Notes: a model not told the origin generated them from the sequence alone. 63,167 nt of DNA, filler included, from Globobulimina sp. (GCA_003354225.1; 47 parts of 47 records of this genome joined end to end with filler, not necessarily neighbours in it); one strand, 5' to 3'. Positions 37,255 to 49,290 are shown, counted from the whole stretch's first letter. Program-made: numbers and translations.

Positions 37255-37450
37255 ACAATAAAGTCCGCGATATGTTTTTGACTACAGATAAAGCAACTTG
37301 TGGGAGCCTGGACTATGTAAAAGGGAATATTCTGGAACGGGAGTGGTTAGTTTGTCACCAAAGGTGTACTGCATAATGGAATGATGATAATGACACAAGC
37401 AAAATAAGTTGCAAAGTCATTAATCAATGACAGATGCTTGAGAAAAGAAG
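37255..37450 (+). pseudogene. Decayed second copy of the same PolB segment
   Basis: EPGLCKREYSGTGVVSLSPKVY...WND...KISCK.INQ with frameshifts and stop; parallels about 36400-36580. Confidence 0.75.
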
Positions 37451-37493
37451 TGTTACAAACAGAAAAAGATCAGTGTTTCGAAAACGTTTCGAA

Positions 37494-37607
37494 AACTACA
37501 AAGGCGTGCCAGTATGTTGCCAAGATCTGGATACTGATTGGCGAACTACAAAGGCGTGCCGGTATGTTGCCAAGATCTGGATACTGATTGGCCAACTACA
37601 AAGGCGT
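37494..37607 (+). repeat. 50-bp tandem repeat (2.3 copies, truncated)
   Basis: AACTACAAAGGCGTGCC...CTGATTGGC at 37494, 37544 and 37594. Confidence 0.9.
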
Positions 37608-37772
37608 NNNNNNNNNNNNNNNNNNNNNNNNNNNNNNNNNNNNNNNNNNNNTTAATTAATTAANNNNNNNNNNNNNNNNNNNNNNNNNNNNNNNNNNNNN
37701 NNNNNNNTTTTTTGTAAGGATCGAATTATCGATGTACGGACTCAAAACGCTCAGCACACTCTACTCCAAACA

Positions 37773-38953
37773 ATGTCATCCTCACAAAAAGCGTTTGTGC
37801 TGTTATTGCTTTTAATCAACACATGCCTGAGTCAATACAACTATCTATGCGACTTCGACACCAAATTCACCGCAAATACACCTGGCTCATGGTCTCAACC
37901 ATCAAGTTGTGAAGTCTCGCAAGGTTTGCATCCAGTCTCCACTCATATCATCTGCTTGCAAATGTTTATGATAATAACTCACAATCCAGATGCCATCAGC
38001 TCATATGGTGCAGTCATCTGGCTCGGCGATGACGCCGCCACGCGTTCATGGACCGATTATACAATAGAATCAAAAATTGAATTTCGCCAATTATCCAGTG
38101 ATTCATGGGCCGGCATAATATTCCGAGCCAGCTCTATAGGCAATTCTTGGGACAGTGGCAGCGCTTATTTTGCTGCTTTGAGGCCTACATCGAATAAAGT
38201 ATATAGCAGCAAAATATACTACGATAATTTTGATTATGGCAGTGCTGTATCTCTCGCTCTTACCACATGGACAAACTATACATTGCGGGTTGAAGTAACT
38301 GGCAGTTCGTGGTCTATCTATGTGGATGGAACGAAACGCCTTCCTATATCTGACAGCATGTTTGCTTCTGGTTCTGTTGGTTTACGTGTTTTTAACGCAG
38401 TGGTTCGCTTTAGAACATTGTATATAACATTGCCCACGCAATCACCCACTAAAAACCCCACCAACTATCCATCAGAATCACCAATAACAGCTGACCCGAC
38501 CATAGCTTCAACTACAACATCACCCACAACATCCCAACCAACCACCGGTTTGTTACATGTACACATACTTTCAAGCAACATATAACAGCATATTTATCAG
38601 CCATACCGACAAAATCGCCCACAACTGCGATACCGACAACATCTGAGCCAACGACAGTGCAACCAACTACAGGTTTGTTTTTATCCTCGCACCTATACAA
38701 TGGCACATTATTTGAGAGACGTTTGTGTTGTTCAGATGCACCTACAACTGCGATCCCTACGAACATGCCGAGCACTGCACCGACCACAGCGCTTCCAACC
38801 ACGTCTGAGCCCACAACAACAGAGCCCACCACAGCCCAACCAACAAGTTTCGTTGCTTTTTATTTTGTACGTTCCTGACATTAGCGATTTGTATATTAAT
38901 TATTATACAGATGCACCGACAACAGTGAGTCCAACACATTTCCCCACCAATGT
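37773..38953 (+). CDS. Secreted protein with DUF1080/ConA-like beta-sandwich and PT repeats (multi-intron, partial)
   Basis: Signal peptide; WTDYTIE, AGIIFR, YTLRVEV.G....YVDG, GSVGLR; PT repeats split by short introns. Confidence 0.8.
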
Positions 38954-39722
38954 NNNNNNNNNNNNNNNNNNNNNNNNNNNNNNNNNNNNNNNNNNNNTTA
39001 ATTAATTAANNNNNNNNNNNNNNNNNNNNNNNNNNNNNNNNNNNNNNNNNNNNTCATTGTTATTGTTTCCAGATAAGAAAGAAGAAGAAAGTGATTATGA
39101 TAATAATGATATGTTTAAAATGACAATGTTTGCAATGGGGAAACCATTTCGATTTATAATAAAGAATGGTGTGATTCAAATGTCATTGGGTTTAATAATT
39201 AAAATGGAATTACTATTCAAATATATTGCGATAAACCAGAATACTAAGCAATACGTGGTAGAGATTTATATTTGTATTTGCTGTGTGTTGTTATCATTTA
39301 TCTGTAATAATAATCACAATGCTATTCATAAATATAAACAATATGTGGTTGGGTTGTATGGATTATTATCCATTGTATCATATTTACACGTTTTATTGCT
39401 GATTAATGTTGATGGAGATGAAGGCAATCAGGATAACAGCAGTATTTTGAAACATATGTTCATGTTGTTTGCTTCGGAAATGATTTTGTTGTGTATTTGC
39501 TCCGTGAGAATTTGAAATCCATTATCGAACCATTTTTAACTTTAGATTTCAACTTTCAATGTTGACAAGAAACAATAATTGGATATTAATTCCAACTTTT
39601 TTTAATCCTTTTAAATACGTATTATATGCCGATGGTTGATCATTTATTTATTTGTGACTTTGCAAAAAAACCCTAAACTTTACACTTTTATCAACCATCC
39701 TTTCGAAAGCACTTCTTGCGAT

Positions 39723-40299
39723 ATGACACCAGTAATTGCCTTAATATTATTAGGTTTATCAGCAATATCATCTGCACAAGATAACGATGGTGAGCAGTTC
39801 TCCTGGGATTCACACGACGAAGAATCATCGCAGAGTTACGAAGGATTAGTGATTCAAGTCTACCAACCAGATGACGAAGCTCTTGTCATTACATTAGCAA
39901 CTCATGAGCATGCAGCCAGTGTATATTGTTTAAATTTTGCGAAAATATTTGAAGCCACCTACGATGACGAAACCTGCCGAGAAGAGTGTACATATGAAAT
40001 TATATCCGGTACAGAAGTTGATTTAGCAGACGCAGATTGTACAGTATCTCAAGTATCATCCACACAATTTACCGCTGTTTGTAATGATATAAATGGTGCT
40101 GTATTAACTTTAGCCTTTGAATTTGGACAAGACGATGATGGTATATACATTTTATAAATATATAATATATAATCTCTACAAACTATAAAACACACTGTAA
40201 CAGGTACGTATGGACTGGAATACACCATTGATTTAACCGGATATAGCATGTCGCAGTCGGACGGTGATGTAAAATTTGTGATGGAGTAGTATGTGAAAG
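39723..40299 (+). CDS. Secreted acidic protein (partial)
   Basis: Signal peptide MTPVIALILLGLSAISSA; intron at about 40141-40203. Confidence 0.6.
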
Positions 40300-40552
40300 N
40301 NNNNNNNNNNNNNNNNNNNNNNNNNNNNNNNNNNNNNNNNNNNTTAATTAATTAANNNNNNNNNNNNNNNNNNNNNNNNNNNNNNNNNNNNNNNNNNNNT
40401 GCAATTCATATTGATCTGATGGTAATATTGTTGGGAGTATAGGTACTGTTGCTGAGCATACTTTTGCAAATACATGGTGAGATATTGCAACTGTGTGACA
40501 TTTTGTGGCAGAGGGTCATCGGCCGGTGACGGTTGCCCATTATTCTGCGACA

Positions 40553-40635
40553 TGTGGGTTCTTGGGGCCTGTGGGTTCTTGGGGCCTGTCCCCTACAAAA
40601 AAAGATCTCTGTGGGTTCTTGGGGCCTGTCCCCTA
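40553..40635. repeat. GC-rich direct repeats TGTGGGTTCTTGGGGCC(TGTCCCCTA) x3, probable transposon end
   Basis: Copies at 40553, 40570 and 40610 in AT-rich surroundings. Confidence 0.7.
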
Positions 40636-40637
40636 CT

Positions 40638-40872
40638 AGGTTGAAGAGTGAAGTGAATAGAATAAGGATTGAGAACACAAAGAGTGAAAGGGATTGAGAA
40701 TATTACAATCAGTGTTGGTGTCTGTCATGGATATGCGATCACAGATTATGAAGAATGGCTTAAAAAAGCTGATGACACTGCGGAAATCGTGAAAACTAAT
40801 GGCAGAAATGGAGTGAAATTGTATTTAAAATATGGTAATAAAATGGTATCAAATTTTAATGAGTTTGTGTAG
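40638..40872 (+). CDS. GGDEF (diguanylate cyclase) domain C-terminal half, disrupted
   Basis: ITISVGV...WLKKAD.....K.NGRN.V matches the GGDEF C-terminal consensus; the GGDEF motif itself is not present. Confidence 0.65.
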
Positions 40873-40981
40873 ACTTGATTCCATTCATTTTGAGCGTGTA
40901 TGTGTTTTTTGTTGTTTTTTTATTTCTTTTTCGAATGAAGCAATAATAAAAACTAAGAGAAATTAAATTACAATATAAAAT

Positions 40982-41644
40982 TTACAAATTCTTCAACTTT
41001 AAAAATAACCTTTTGTATGATGTATATATCCACCATCCATTTAATGCTAACATTAATATATTTGCAACAATAAATGTTAAATGAAAATTATATTCCAATA
41101 AATCGTAATTATTCATGTTGTTATTTTGAACAATAACTTTGTACAAATCAAATACTTTGAACGCAATAGCAATTCGACTGATAAGATACATTGTAACACA
41201 ACAGAATTGTAAAGATATAAATTTTTTGATCTGTTTATTTTTCCTTAAAAAATACAAAATAGCTCCAAATTCCCAAAAAAAAAGATTCTTTCTGTGCACT
41301 TGATATAATGAATTGAAATACAATAATGGAAATGAAGCAAATGTTTCTGTACAATGATGATACCACCACACAATAGGTGTATATTTATCAGAATGCGATA
41401 ATTCAATCATATCTTTGAAAAAAGTATTGAATATTATCAATTTTCCTCCAAAACTTGAATTGCTTTGTGCGTCATTGTAAAAAAACGAAGTTATTGTTAA
41501 TAATACGACAACAATTTGATAAATAGGCTCTGCAATGCTGTATTGACTTAAGTTATAAGATTTGTAATAATCTCTGTAAATAATTTTGAAAATAAATATC
41601 CAAAAACATAACGCAATTATACAACAAATCAATGATTCAAACAA
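40982..41644 (-). CDS. TLC-like (TRAM/LAG1/CLN8) membrane protein
   Basis: D...WYHH, E, SRI and LN.WW pattern in a multi-TM protein. Confidence 0.6.
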   Translation of the reverse strand: MFESLICCIIALCFWIFIFKIIYRDYYKSYNLSQYSIAEPIYQIVVVLLTITSFFYNDAQSNSSFGGKLIIFNTFFKDMIELSHSDKYTPIVWWYHHCTETFASFPLLYFNSLYQVHRKNLFFWEFGAILYFLRKNKQIKKFISLQFCCVTMYLISRIAIAFKVFDLYKVIVQNNNMNNYDLLEYNFHLTFIVANILMLALNGWWIYTSYKRLFLKLKNL

Positions 41645-43091
41645 ANNNNNNNNNNNNNNNNNNNNNNNNNNNNNNNNNNNNNNNNNNNNTTAATTAATTA
41701 ANNNNNNNNNNNNNNNNNNNNNNNNNNNNNNNNNNNNNNNNNNNNACAAGTCGTACGCACGACATTCCTCCCTCCATGAAGTAAGTGATTACTCACGCCC
41801 TCGTGAAAGTGGAACGCAGATTGGGCGCAAGTCTGGCAAATGTCAGGACAATACAGATACAATTTACCAAATAACAAGAAATATAATAGAAAAGAAAATA
41901 CAAAAATCATCTAGTGGTTACAGTTTACACATGATATATTACAAAAATGACAATTGCAAAAGATTGTTTTGTTGCCTAAGTTCGAAAGATAGAATTTTGA
42001 TTTGATTTTTAAATAATACAGTTTATACAAATAACATGATCATCTTTTTAGAAATCTATTGATGGCAAAAATGCAAAAAGTATCCATACTATCACGCTCC
42101 AGCCATATTTCCTCCTCCCGTGAAAAAAGTGACATTTCCTGAAATGAAAATAATGCAGATATGGGAAAGAATAGAAAATAAGAAACTCACTCTGAAAGAA
42201 AACACAAATTGATAAAATATTAAGGAACTATTATCTACTCTACTAGGGGACATGTTGTATGAAGAAAATACCAGTGGGGATAATAAAAATATTGAAAATG
42301 TGATTGTATGTTACTATTGTTGTATTGTGATGTTCAAGAGATAAAATTAAGAAAAGAAACATGTTACCTAAAATGTTAAAAATTGATAATAAACACAAAA
42401 TTGAATGACCATCCAGTGTATAATCAGGAAACAAGTGACTGCAGGTAGCGACAAGACTTCGTCATCACACCCATCGTACATCTTGGATTGCCTATGCATA
42501 ACATATCCACGGGGTAACGAATACTAACCAGTTGCAACACCACATGTAGCCATTGACAAACAGAACAGTATTGAAATGAAAATCAGGACAAAAATAATTT
42601 AGTAAAATTTTAGTAGGGGTATGGTACCCGAGAAATAAAAATAGAAAAGCGAAAAGAAATTTGGATCCATTAGATAAACAACAAACTAAAAGAAATAAAA
42701 TATAGTAAAATACACAACAAATAAATACAATGATACTAAACAAACTACAGGTTCCAGCCACAAAACTTAGGGCATTTCCAGGTTATTCTCGCTACGATTG
42801 CATGGAATCCATAGTCAACTTCATCCATCCAACCACATACATTGACCAGAGGAAAACCATTAAGCAGGATCACCAACTTGGACTTATAGTACCACCAAGC
42901 TCCAAAACTACCTAAACATCTGCTAAACAAGGAAAATGTATATAAGTGTGGGGTTCACCCTTGTACTGTAACATGTTTCTGACCAAAGTTCNNNNNNNNN
43001 NNNNNNNNNNNNNNNNNNNNNNNNNNNNNNNNNNNTTAATTAATTAANNNNNNNNNNNNNNNNNNNNNNNNNNNNNNNNNNNNNNNNNNNN

Positions 43092-43987
43092 GATGGTGAC
43101 GGAGAGTCTAAACTAATATCATGGATTATATTCCTCTCATCACTCGCATTCGCCGGGCGACAACAACCACGGCATTTTGAATCTATTCTACCACACATTG
43201 ACAGATAATAATTATTAAAAAACGAATATCCCACTATAACGCATAGAAAATTTGTATAAAAATCCAAACAAAACATAACATTACAAATCCAATATGAATA
43301 AGCGTCCAAATATGGAGAAAATATAAATTGAGTGCCAGCAAATATAGTCACCAAAATGGATATTACTGTTAAAATGGTTATTTTAGTAATCAATGCAACA
43401 AAAGTGTCGTCCTCACCGCTCAGATTATAAACTTGAACCAATTTGTAAATGTATAATATTACCAATGATACCGTCATCAAAATTGTCACGAAAAACGCAA
43501 ATCCAATTAAAATCAATGCAGTATTTAAGTGAATTTCATACCACACAAAAGCAACAATAAACAATGCTGGTTGGAATATATAAAAAATCGTATAAACGAC
43601 AGTTGTACATTGACTTAATGCAAAAGCTGAAGCTTGAAATGTGAATCGTAAACGAAAAAAAAGTATCAGTAATAATAAGTAATAATGTATTGCATAAAAG
43701 GCAAACCATATTATGGCTCCTATCATCCATTCTTCTTCCATACCATCCAAACAATACCAATATTGCGGAAAAATCAGTGATAACAATACAAAAAATGTGC
43801 TAAATTGGAATATTACACCCAACCAATATAATACTTTTGCTTTCTTTTTTTTAACAAATGTTTTTCTGAATGCAAAGCTTTTGTAAATGAAAAAGATGAT
43901 TGATAATAACATCAAAATAATCAAAAGCATGACGAAGATGCTTAGTGTTTCTGCAACATTCAATGGTTGACAATGAATATTTGTCAT
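43092..43987 (-). CDS. 7TM GPCR-like family protein
   Basis: Seven hydrophobic helices; RLRFTF..S.F; LDFYTNFLC....FF..YY...CG..D..C..CC. Confidence 0.8.
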
Positions 43988-44048
43988 TGTGACTGACTAG
44001 TATCACTAAAAAAACTCTGAAAACAACTTTTTTCAAAGAATATTTCCG

Positions 44049-44337
44049 ATGGCAGCAATATCGTCTCCAAGGGCACCAATATCGTCAGCGACACCTGTCG
44101 CAGATGGAAATAGAGGAAGAGTGGCCCCGAGAGCCCGACAACGATTCGGTCAATCCGATAATCGCGGCATGATTATCGATGAGACTGGCAATCGTATCCG
44201 AGATAAATTCTTCAAATTCTTATCAGAATATCAAGAAGATGATGGTTCCAAATATTATTTAAATGAATTGGATGCTATGGAAGAAAGCGAGTCCAACACA
44301 ATGAACATAAATTGAGATCATTTATTAGACGAAGATG
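44049..44337 (+). CDS. MCM6: MCM6 N-terminus (in-frame TGA at 44313-44315)
   Basis: DETG..IR..F..FL..Y...YY...L..M.....NTM.I..DHL resembles the MCM6 N-domain. Confidence 0.7.
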
Positions 44338-44437
44338 NNNNNNNNNNNNNNNNNNNNNNNNNNNNNNNNNNNNNNNNNNNNTTAATTAATTAANNNNNNN
44401 NNNNNNNNNNNNNNNNNNNNNNNNNNNNNNNNNNNNN

Positions 44438-44860
44438 TTTTCTTTGTAAATATCGTTCATGTGTCTTTTGCCGATATGAACCAATTACTATTCCATTTTG
44501 TGGATCAAAACGAACTAAATTCAATTTCATAAACATTTCTTTCTTTTTATGATCAAAAGCTATCCTTACACCTTCCCATGTTAATAAATACTTAAATTCC
44601 TCACCATTTTCGCATTTTTTTCCAATTTCTTTTCTTGTTGCTTCCAATGATGTGATCCCAGCCAACTGACTTAGTGATAATGTATGATATTCGATATCCT
44701 TTCCGCGTTTCCATTGATTTAAATCCATATTTTCCTTCAAATACCTTTTAACTTCATATTTAAATAACGATTTCGCAGAGGATATTTTCTGCGTTGTTAC
44801 TATTCCAATATTTCTTTCTTTTAATTGTTTTTTTTAACATTTTATCAAAATTTTTTAACG
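44438..44860 (-). CDS. Hypothetical basic protein (partial)
   Basis: ORF of at least 100 aa running to the contig edge. Confidence 0.4.
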
Positions 44861-44942
44861 TTCCCTTTACATTTTGCTCGCTGACTTTCACTCGGTTCTG
44901 TATATAATGTCAGTCCAGGACAATTTATTAAATGTAAGTAAG

Positions 44943-45682
44943 TCACTCAACTTTGTATCTTTCTTCCCATTCTTTACAATCCAATGCATTTCCCATTGCG
45001 ATCATTTTATATTTGGCTGCTGTTACGCCAATGCTTCTTACTTCACTCGCTGGTATCAATAATTTCAATGATATGGACGGCAGCGTACCAGATTTAGTAC
45101 ATATTTTATGTGTGCTCAATGTCTGATGATTATCCAATGACGAATCCAAATGAGTGATTTTTGTTGTTAGTGCCCAATCACTTTTACATTTAAATGTCTT
45201 TATTCTATGCGTTGCTGCAACGATCACCAATTTAGCTTTGGCTTTTTCTACAATTTCGGGAGCGTCTTCGTACCATAAAATATCTCCTTTATTGAATGGT
45301 GATATTGCCACTGTCATTTGTGATTTGATGCATTTATCCAATGACGTACGTCTATCAATGGACAAATAACGCCCGCAAATTTTAATATATCGTACGAACT
45401 CTTCACAGATCTCTGCTTCTCCTAAAACCCAATCAAAGTGCATTATTCTGTGATATTTAGCACTAATTATACACTCAACAACATAGCCTTTAGATCCATA
45501 ATGATAATAAGGAAAACTAATATGTGTAGATGCGTGTCCGTCACCTACATCTAATATAACGTCTTTGGGGACGATAAAATAAGGCATTTCAGCGTACAAT
45601 GAATCATCATTCATGTTTTGCTGTTCATTGAGAGACTTTTGGTTGCGACGTGGACGAGGCATAGGAAAATGCAAAGAGTATA
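44943..45682 (-). CDS. Hypothetical protein
   Basis: Intronless ORF of about 243 aa, no recognised motif. Confidence 0.55.
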
Positions 45683-45782
45683 NNNNNNNNNNNNNNNNNN
45701 NNNNNNNNNNNNNNNNNNNNNNNNNNTTAATTAATTAANNNNNNNNNNNNNNNNNNNNNNNNNNNNNNNNNNNNNNNNNNNN

Positions 45783-45962
45783 AATTAAATATTTCAAACT
45801 GACTGTTATTAAATGTATGATATTAAACATAAATAAAACATACACAGAGCTCATTTCTGCTGTCAATTTTCGAATCATTTTTGTTTTAACACCGTGACTA
45901 CGCAACCATTGAATAAATTCATTTTCACCGTTACTTGTTGTTCCTTCCAGTTGGGCTGCCAT
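45783..45962 (-). CDS. First exon of a SAM-like domain protein
   Basis: MAAQLEG...F.QWL...GV followed by a GT intron start. Confidence 0.5.
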
Positions 45963-47170
45963 TAATTATATTAAATGAGAGAGACTAGTTTTGTAGTTTA
46001 CTGACTCTAGAAATGAGAATATGGGAGTTTTCGACCTTTTCGTGCAAAAATAGCCACCAAGAACAAACTCAAACTTTCCTCACTTCTTCTCCTACGTTCT
46101 AATTCAGGAACCCAACCCCTCGCTCTATTCACAGTGTCAATACGATGCATACTTTAGTCTCGTTCACTGCGAATCACAAACGACCCTTGGAAGGATCGAT
46201 AGAAAGGAAAAAGAAACACAAATAGTAAGAAATATACACGGCAAATCAAGAAGTCTACAACAACACAAAGAACACATCATGATCACACATATTGAAACTA
46301 TCCAAATGTTCGCCAAATTGCACCATTGCCAACACTGTCCACCTTCCAACCATATTAACAACATAAATGTCCTAATCCTACACAAATATGACACTTTAAG
46401 CAGTAAAATGCATCCACACAAATACGCTTTGAACGAGCTAAATAGTACACTCCATCCAACAATAACACCTTTCACTCACCATACAACAACTCACTTTCCG
46501 ATATCCTCAGCAAATCCAACTTTGGAAGCCATTGAAATTTGTACCCATTTCCTGCCTTTGAAATTTGTATCCATTGACATTTGTACCTATTTTGTGTTGC
46601 ATCTCCATTGTTATATCTATCTAATTCTTTACATTCTAACTAAAAATATCAACTTTGATATCACTCAATACGAGCAACCAATAAATAACCACACTCATCT
46701 TAGCTGCCAACGAATAAATTGCTACACTCAGCCTAGCTGCCAGCAAACCACACTGTTTTTCATCAAACTTTCAAGCAAAACTCTTCCAAACCCCTACTAC
46801 TTCTACCTCGCATCCCAACTCTATCTATTTATCCACATATCCCTCGAACCATACTTTTCCATATGGCTCAAGAAAAAAAAGGTGATTATACAAAACAAAA
46901 TACCTGAAAACGGTTACAATATAACAAATAAACACATAAAATGTATCCCAGTTGAAGAAGACTTCCCGTTCGAGGATGATGATCAAATGGCTGATCGCTC
47001 CTTGATCCCTTTCCCAAACCAGGCCGANNNNNNNNNNNNNNNNNNNNNNNNNNNNNNNNNNNNNNNNNNNNTTAATTAATTAANNNNNNNNNNNNNNNNN
47101 NNNNNNNNNNNNNNNNNNNNNNNNNNNTAATAGCAGACCCGTACAACATACTCACATTCGGAGAATAATA

Positions 47171-47494
47171 ATGGCTAAACAGAAACAATGCATTATACCA
47201 CTGACTGACACGGTCGCTTTTAAATTCGACACACGCCAGTGGATTCTTGCATATAAATACACCAACGGTAAAACAGGTGAAGAATCCTGGATTCCTGACC
47301 GTTACTACATGTCTATTAGCGAGATGTTCGCTAAGCTCCCTGATTATCTTCTAAAGCGTTCTGACTTAACATCTGTCCAAGACTTATTAGAACAATGTCA
47401 GACTATCGTAACGCGTCTCGGTTCAATAGAAGACCTCTATAAGACACTCAAGCAAACTGAAGTTGACGATAACCCTGATTCAGAACTTGACTAG
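47171..47494 (+). CDS. Phage hypothetical protein
   Basis: GGAG Shine-Dalgarno upstream; D..QWIL...W....YY pattern; tightly packed before the polymerase. Confidence 0.75.
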   Translation: MAKQKQCIIPLTDTVAFKFDTRQWILAYKYTNGKTGEESWIPDRYYMSISEMFAKLPDYLLKRSDLTSVQDLLEQCQTIVTRLGSIEDLYKTLKQTEVDDNPDSELD

Positions 47495-47503
47495 GAGTTT
47501 ACC

Positions 47504-48372
47504 ATGTCAAAGCAATTAATTGCATGCGACGTTGAATGTTATAAGAACTACTTTCTTGCACGGTTTAAAAACTTCGTAACTGGTGGCATGAAATCGTTTG
47601 AAATGTACAAAGGTCTTGCGTTAGACCGCAATGGCCTTAACTCATTTTTAAAAAATAGCAATTATACTTTTGTTACATTCAATGGCATTGGATATGACGG
47701 ACCTATAATGGCTGCTGCTATCAACGGTTCTACTTGTGAAGAACTGAAACAGATAACAAACAGTATTATTGTTGACCAAATTAAATACTGGGATATTTAC
47801 AAAATATATGGTATCCCACGTCTTAAATTTGACCACATTGATATCATGGAAGTTGCAATCGGTAAGTGTAGTCTTAAAATTTATGGTGGACGTATTCATG
47901 CGCCGTTGCTTCAAGATTTACCGATTGAACCTGGAGCAATATTAACTCGTGAGGAAATGAAAGGTACGAAGAAATACTGTGGTAACGATTTAGATACCAC
48001 TCAATTGTTATTTGAAGAAGTACGACCGTCAATTGAAGTTCGAGTCACAATGGGTGAAAAACTTGGATTAGACTTACGGTCTAAGTCAGATGCACAGATT
48101 GCTGAAGCCAAATTTAAAATGCAACTAAACGCTCTTGGTATTAAAGCAGGACGTTCTGGTGTTAAAGAAGGCGATATCGTTAGGTACAAAAAGGTTCAAG
48201 CCTATCTTGATATGACAGACAATCCAGAACTAATCTGGTTGATTAACAAATTCTCTGAAGTTGACTTCGTGGTAGGTAAAGGTGGTAAAGTTACTGCAAT
48301 GCCATATGAATTACTTGGTGAAGAGAAAATAGCTGAAATAAAGGCAAGACAGCAAGCCAAGTTTGATAAACC
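47504..48372 (+). CDS. Tailed-phage DNA polymerase, N-terminal 3'-5' exonuclease region (partial)
   Basis: AGGAG RBS; ExoI CDVECY, ExoII FNGIGYD, ExoIII YCGND; SLKIYGGR.H...QDLP and DLRSKSDAQIAE as in KL1/phage-73-like siphovirus polymerases. Confidence 0.88.
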
Positions 48373-48472
48373 NNNNNNNNNNNNNNNNNNNNNNNNNNNN
48401 NNNNNNNNNNNNNNNNTTAATTAATTAANNNNNNNNNNNNNNNNNNNNNNNNNNNNNNNNNNNNNNNNNNNN

Positions 48473-49290
48473 TGAGTGGGTATCATATCCATGGAAAAAG
48501 AGGTGGCCGCGTTCAACAAAAGATGTTTGGGTCGCTGTTGCTCAATTTGCAGATGAATCTGATATGTATTGGGTGGATGCATTCACAATGATGAAAACGT
48601 TCGAATTTTATCGATTAGAGATTATGGAGGAAGCCTTGGCGCGCGATAACGTGTACGCGATGTTATTTATTCAGGATTATTTGAAGCAAATACAACCAAC
48701 AAATACAGCAACAGAGACGTTTAGTATATATATAATATGTACATATATTAGTTTTGCATATTTTTTATGTACATTTAGGTCATCAGAAGGAAGTTCCGCC
48801 ACCGTCAATTTAGCAGATGTTTATCTACAGTCAGTTATAGATAAACGTACACAAAATATAAATAGAACACAGCCATGCGGTGTGTCCAAATCATTCAAAG
48901 CATCCGATGGTATTTTTATTCCGCAGCAAATAATGTCAACTCGGATTGTACCATTAATGGATAAGTATATTACAACAAATAATAATAAACAAATGAAGAT
49001 AGTAATTCCAGCATCAATATTCCGGCATAAATATATTGAAAACAAAATAATATGCAAAGATTATGATGGTATGACAACATTTGAATCGGCAACGTTAGAA
49101 TTTATTTATTATAAACAAAGCAATAAAAAGGAATATTTATTGCTTCCTAAATTTAAATATAAAAATTGGAGCAAATTGGAAATGAAAGTGTATGAAAAAA
49201 AATTGAAAAAAAAACAAACTTGATTTGGGAATTTGTGTTATTTAATTTATTTTTTGTTATGTTTTTGTAGCTATCGCAGATTAACAATCG
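48473..49290 (+). CDS. Hypothetical eukaryotic protein (spliced, partial)
   Basis: ORF with AT-rich GT..AG segments at about 48719-48778 and near the 3' end. Confidence 0.5.

Noticed and set aside
37494..37607. CRISPR array
   Set aside because: Head-to-tail 50-bp repeats with no unique spacers.
41746..42991. Gene or ncRNA in this contig
   Set aside because: Only short ORFs and no recognisable motif or structure; left unannotated.
3118..44315. Global stop-codon reassignment (in-frame TAG at 3118 and about 40288, TAA at 25631, TGA at 44313)
   Set aside because: Three different codons, located at contig ends or in damaged genes; all three stops terminate intact genes elsewhere in the window.
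46279..47027. 266-aa ORF as a real protein
   Set aside because: H/I/T/L-biased with no motif; explained by the C/A strand skew.
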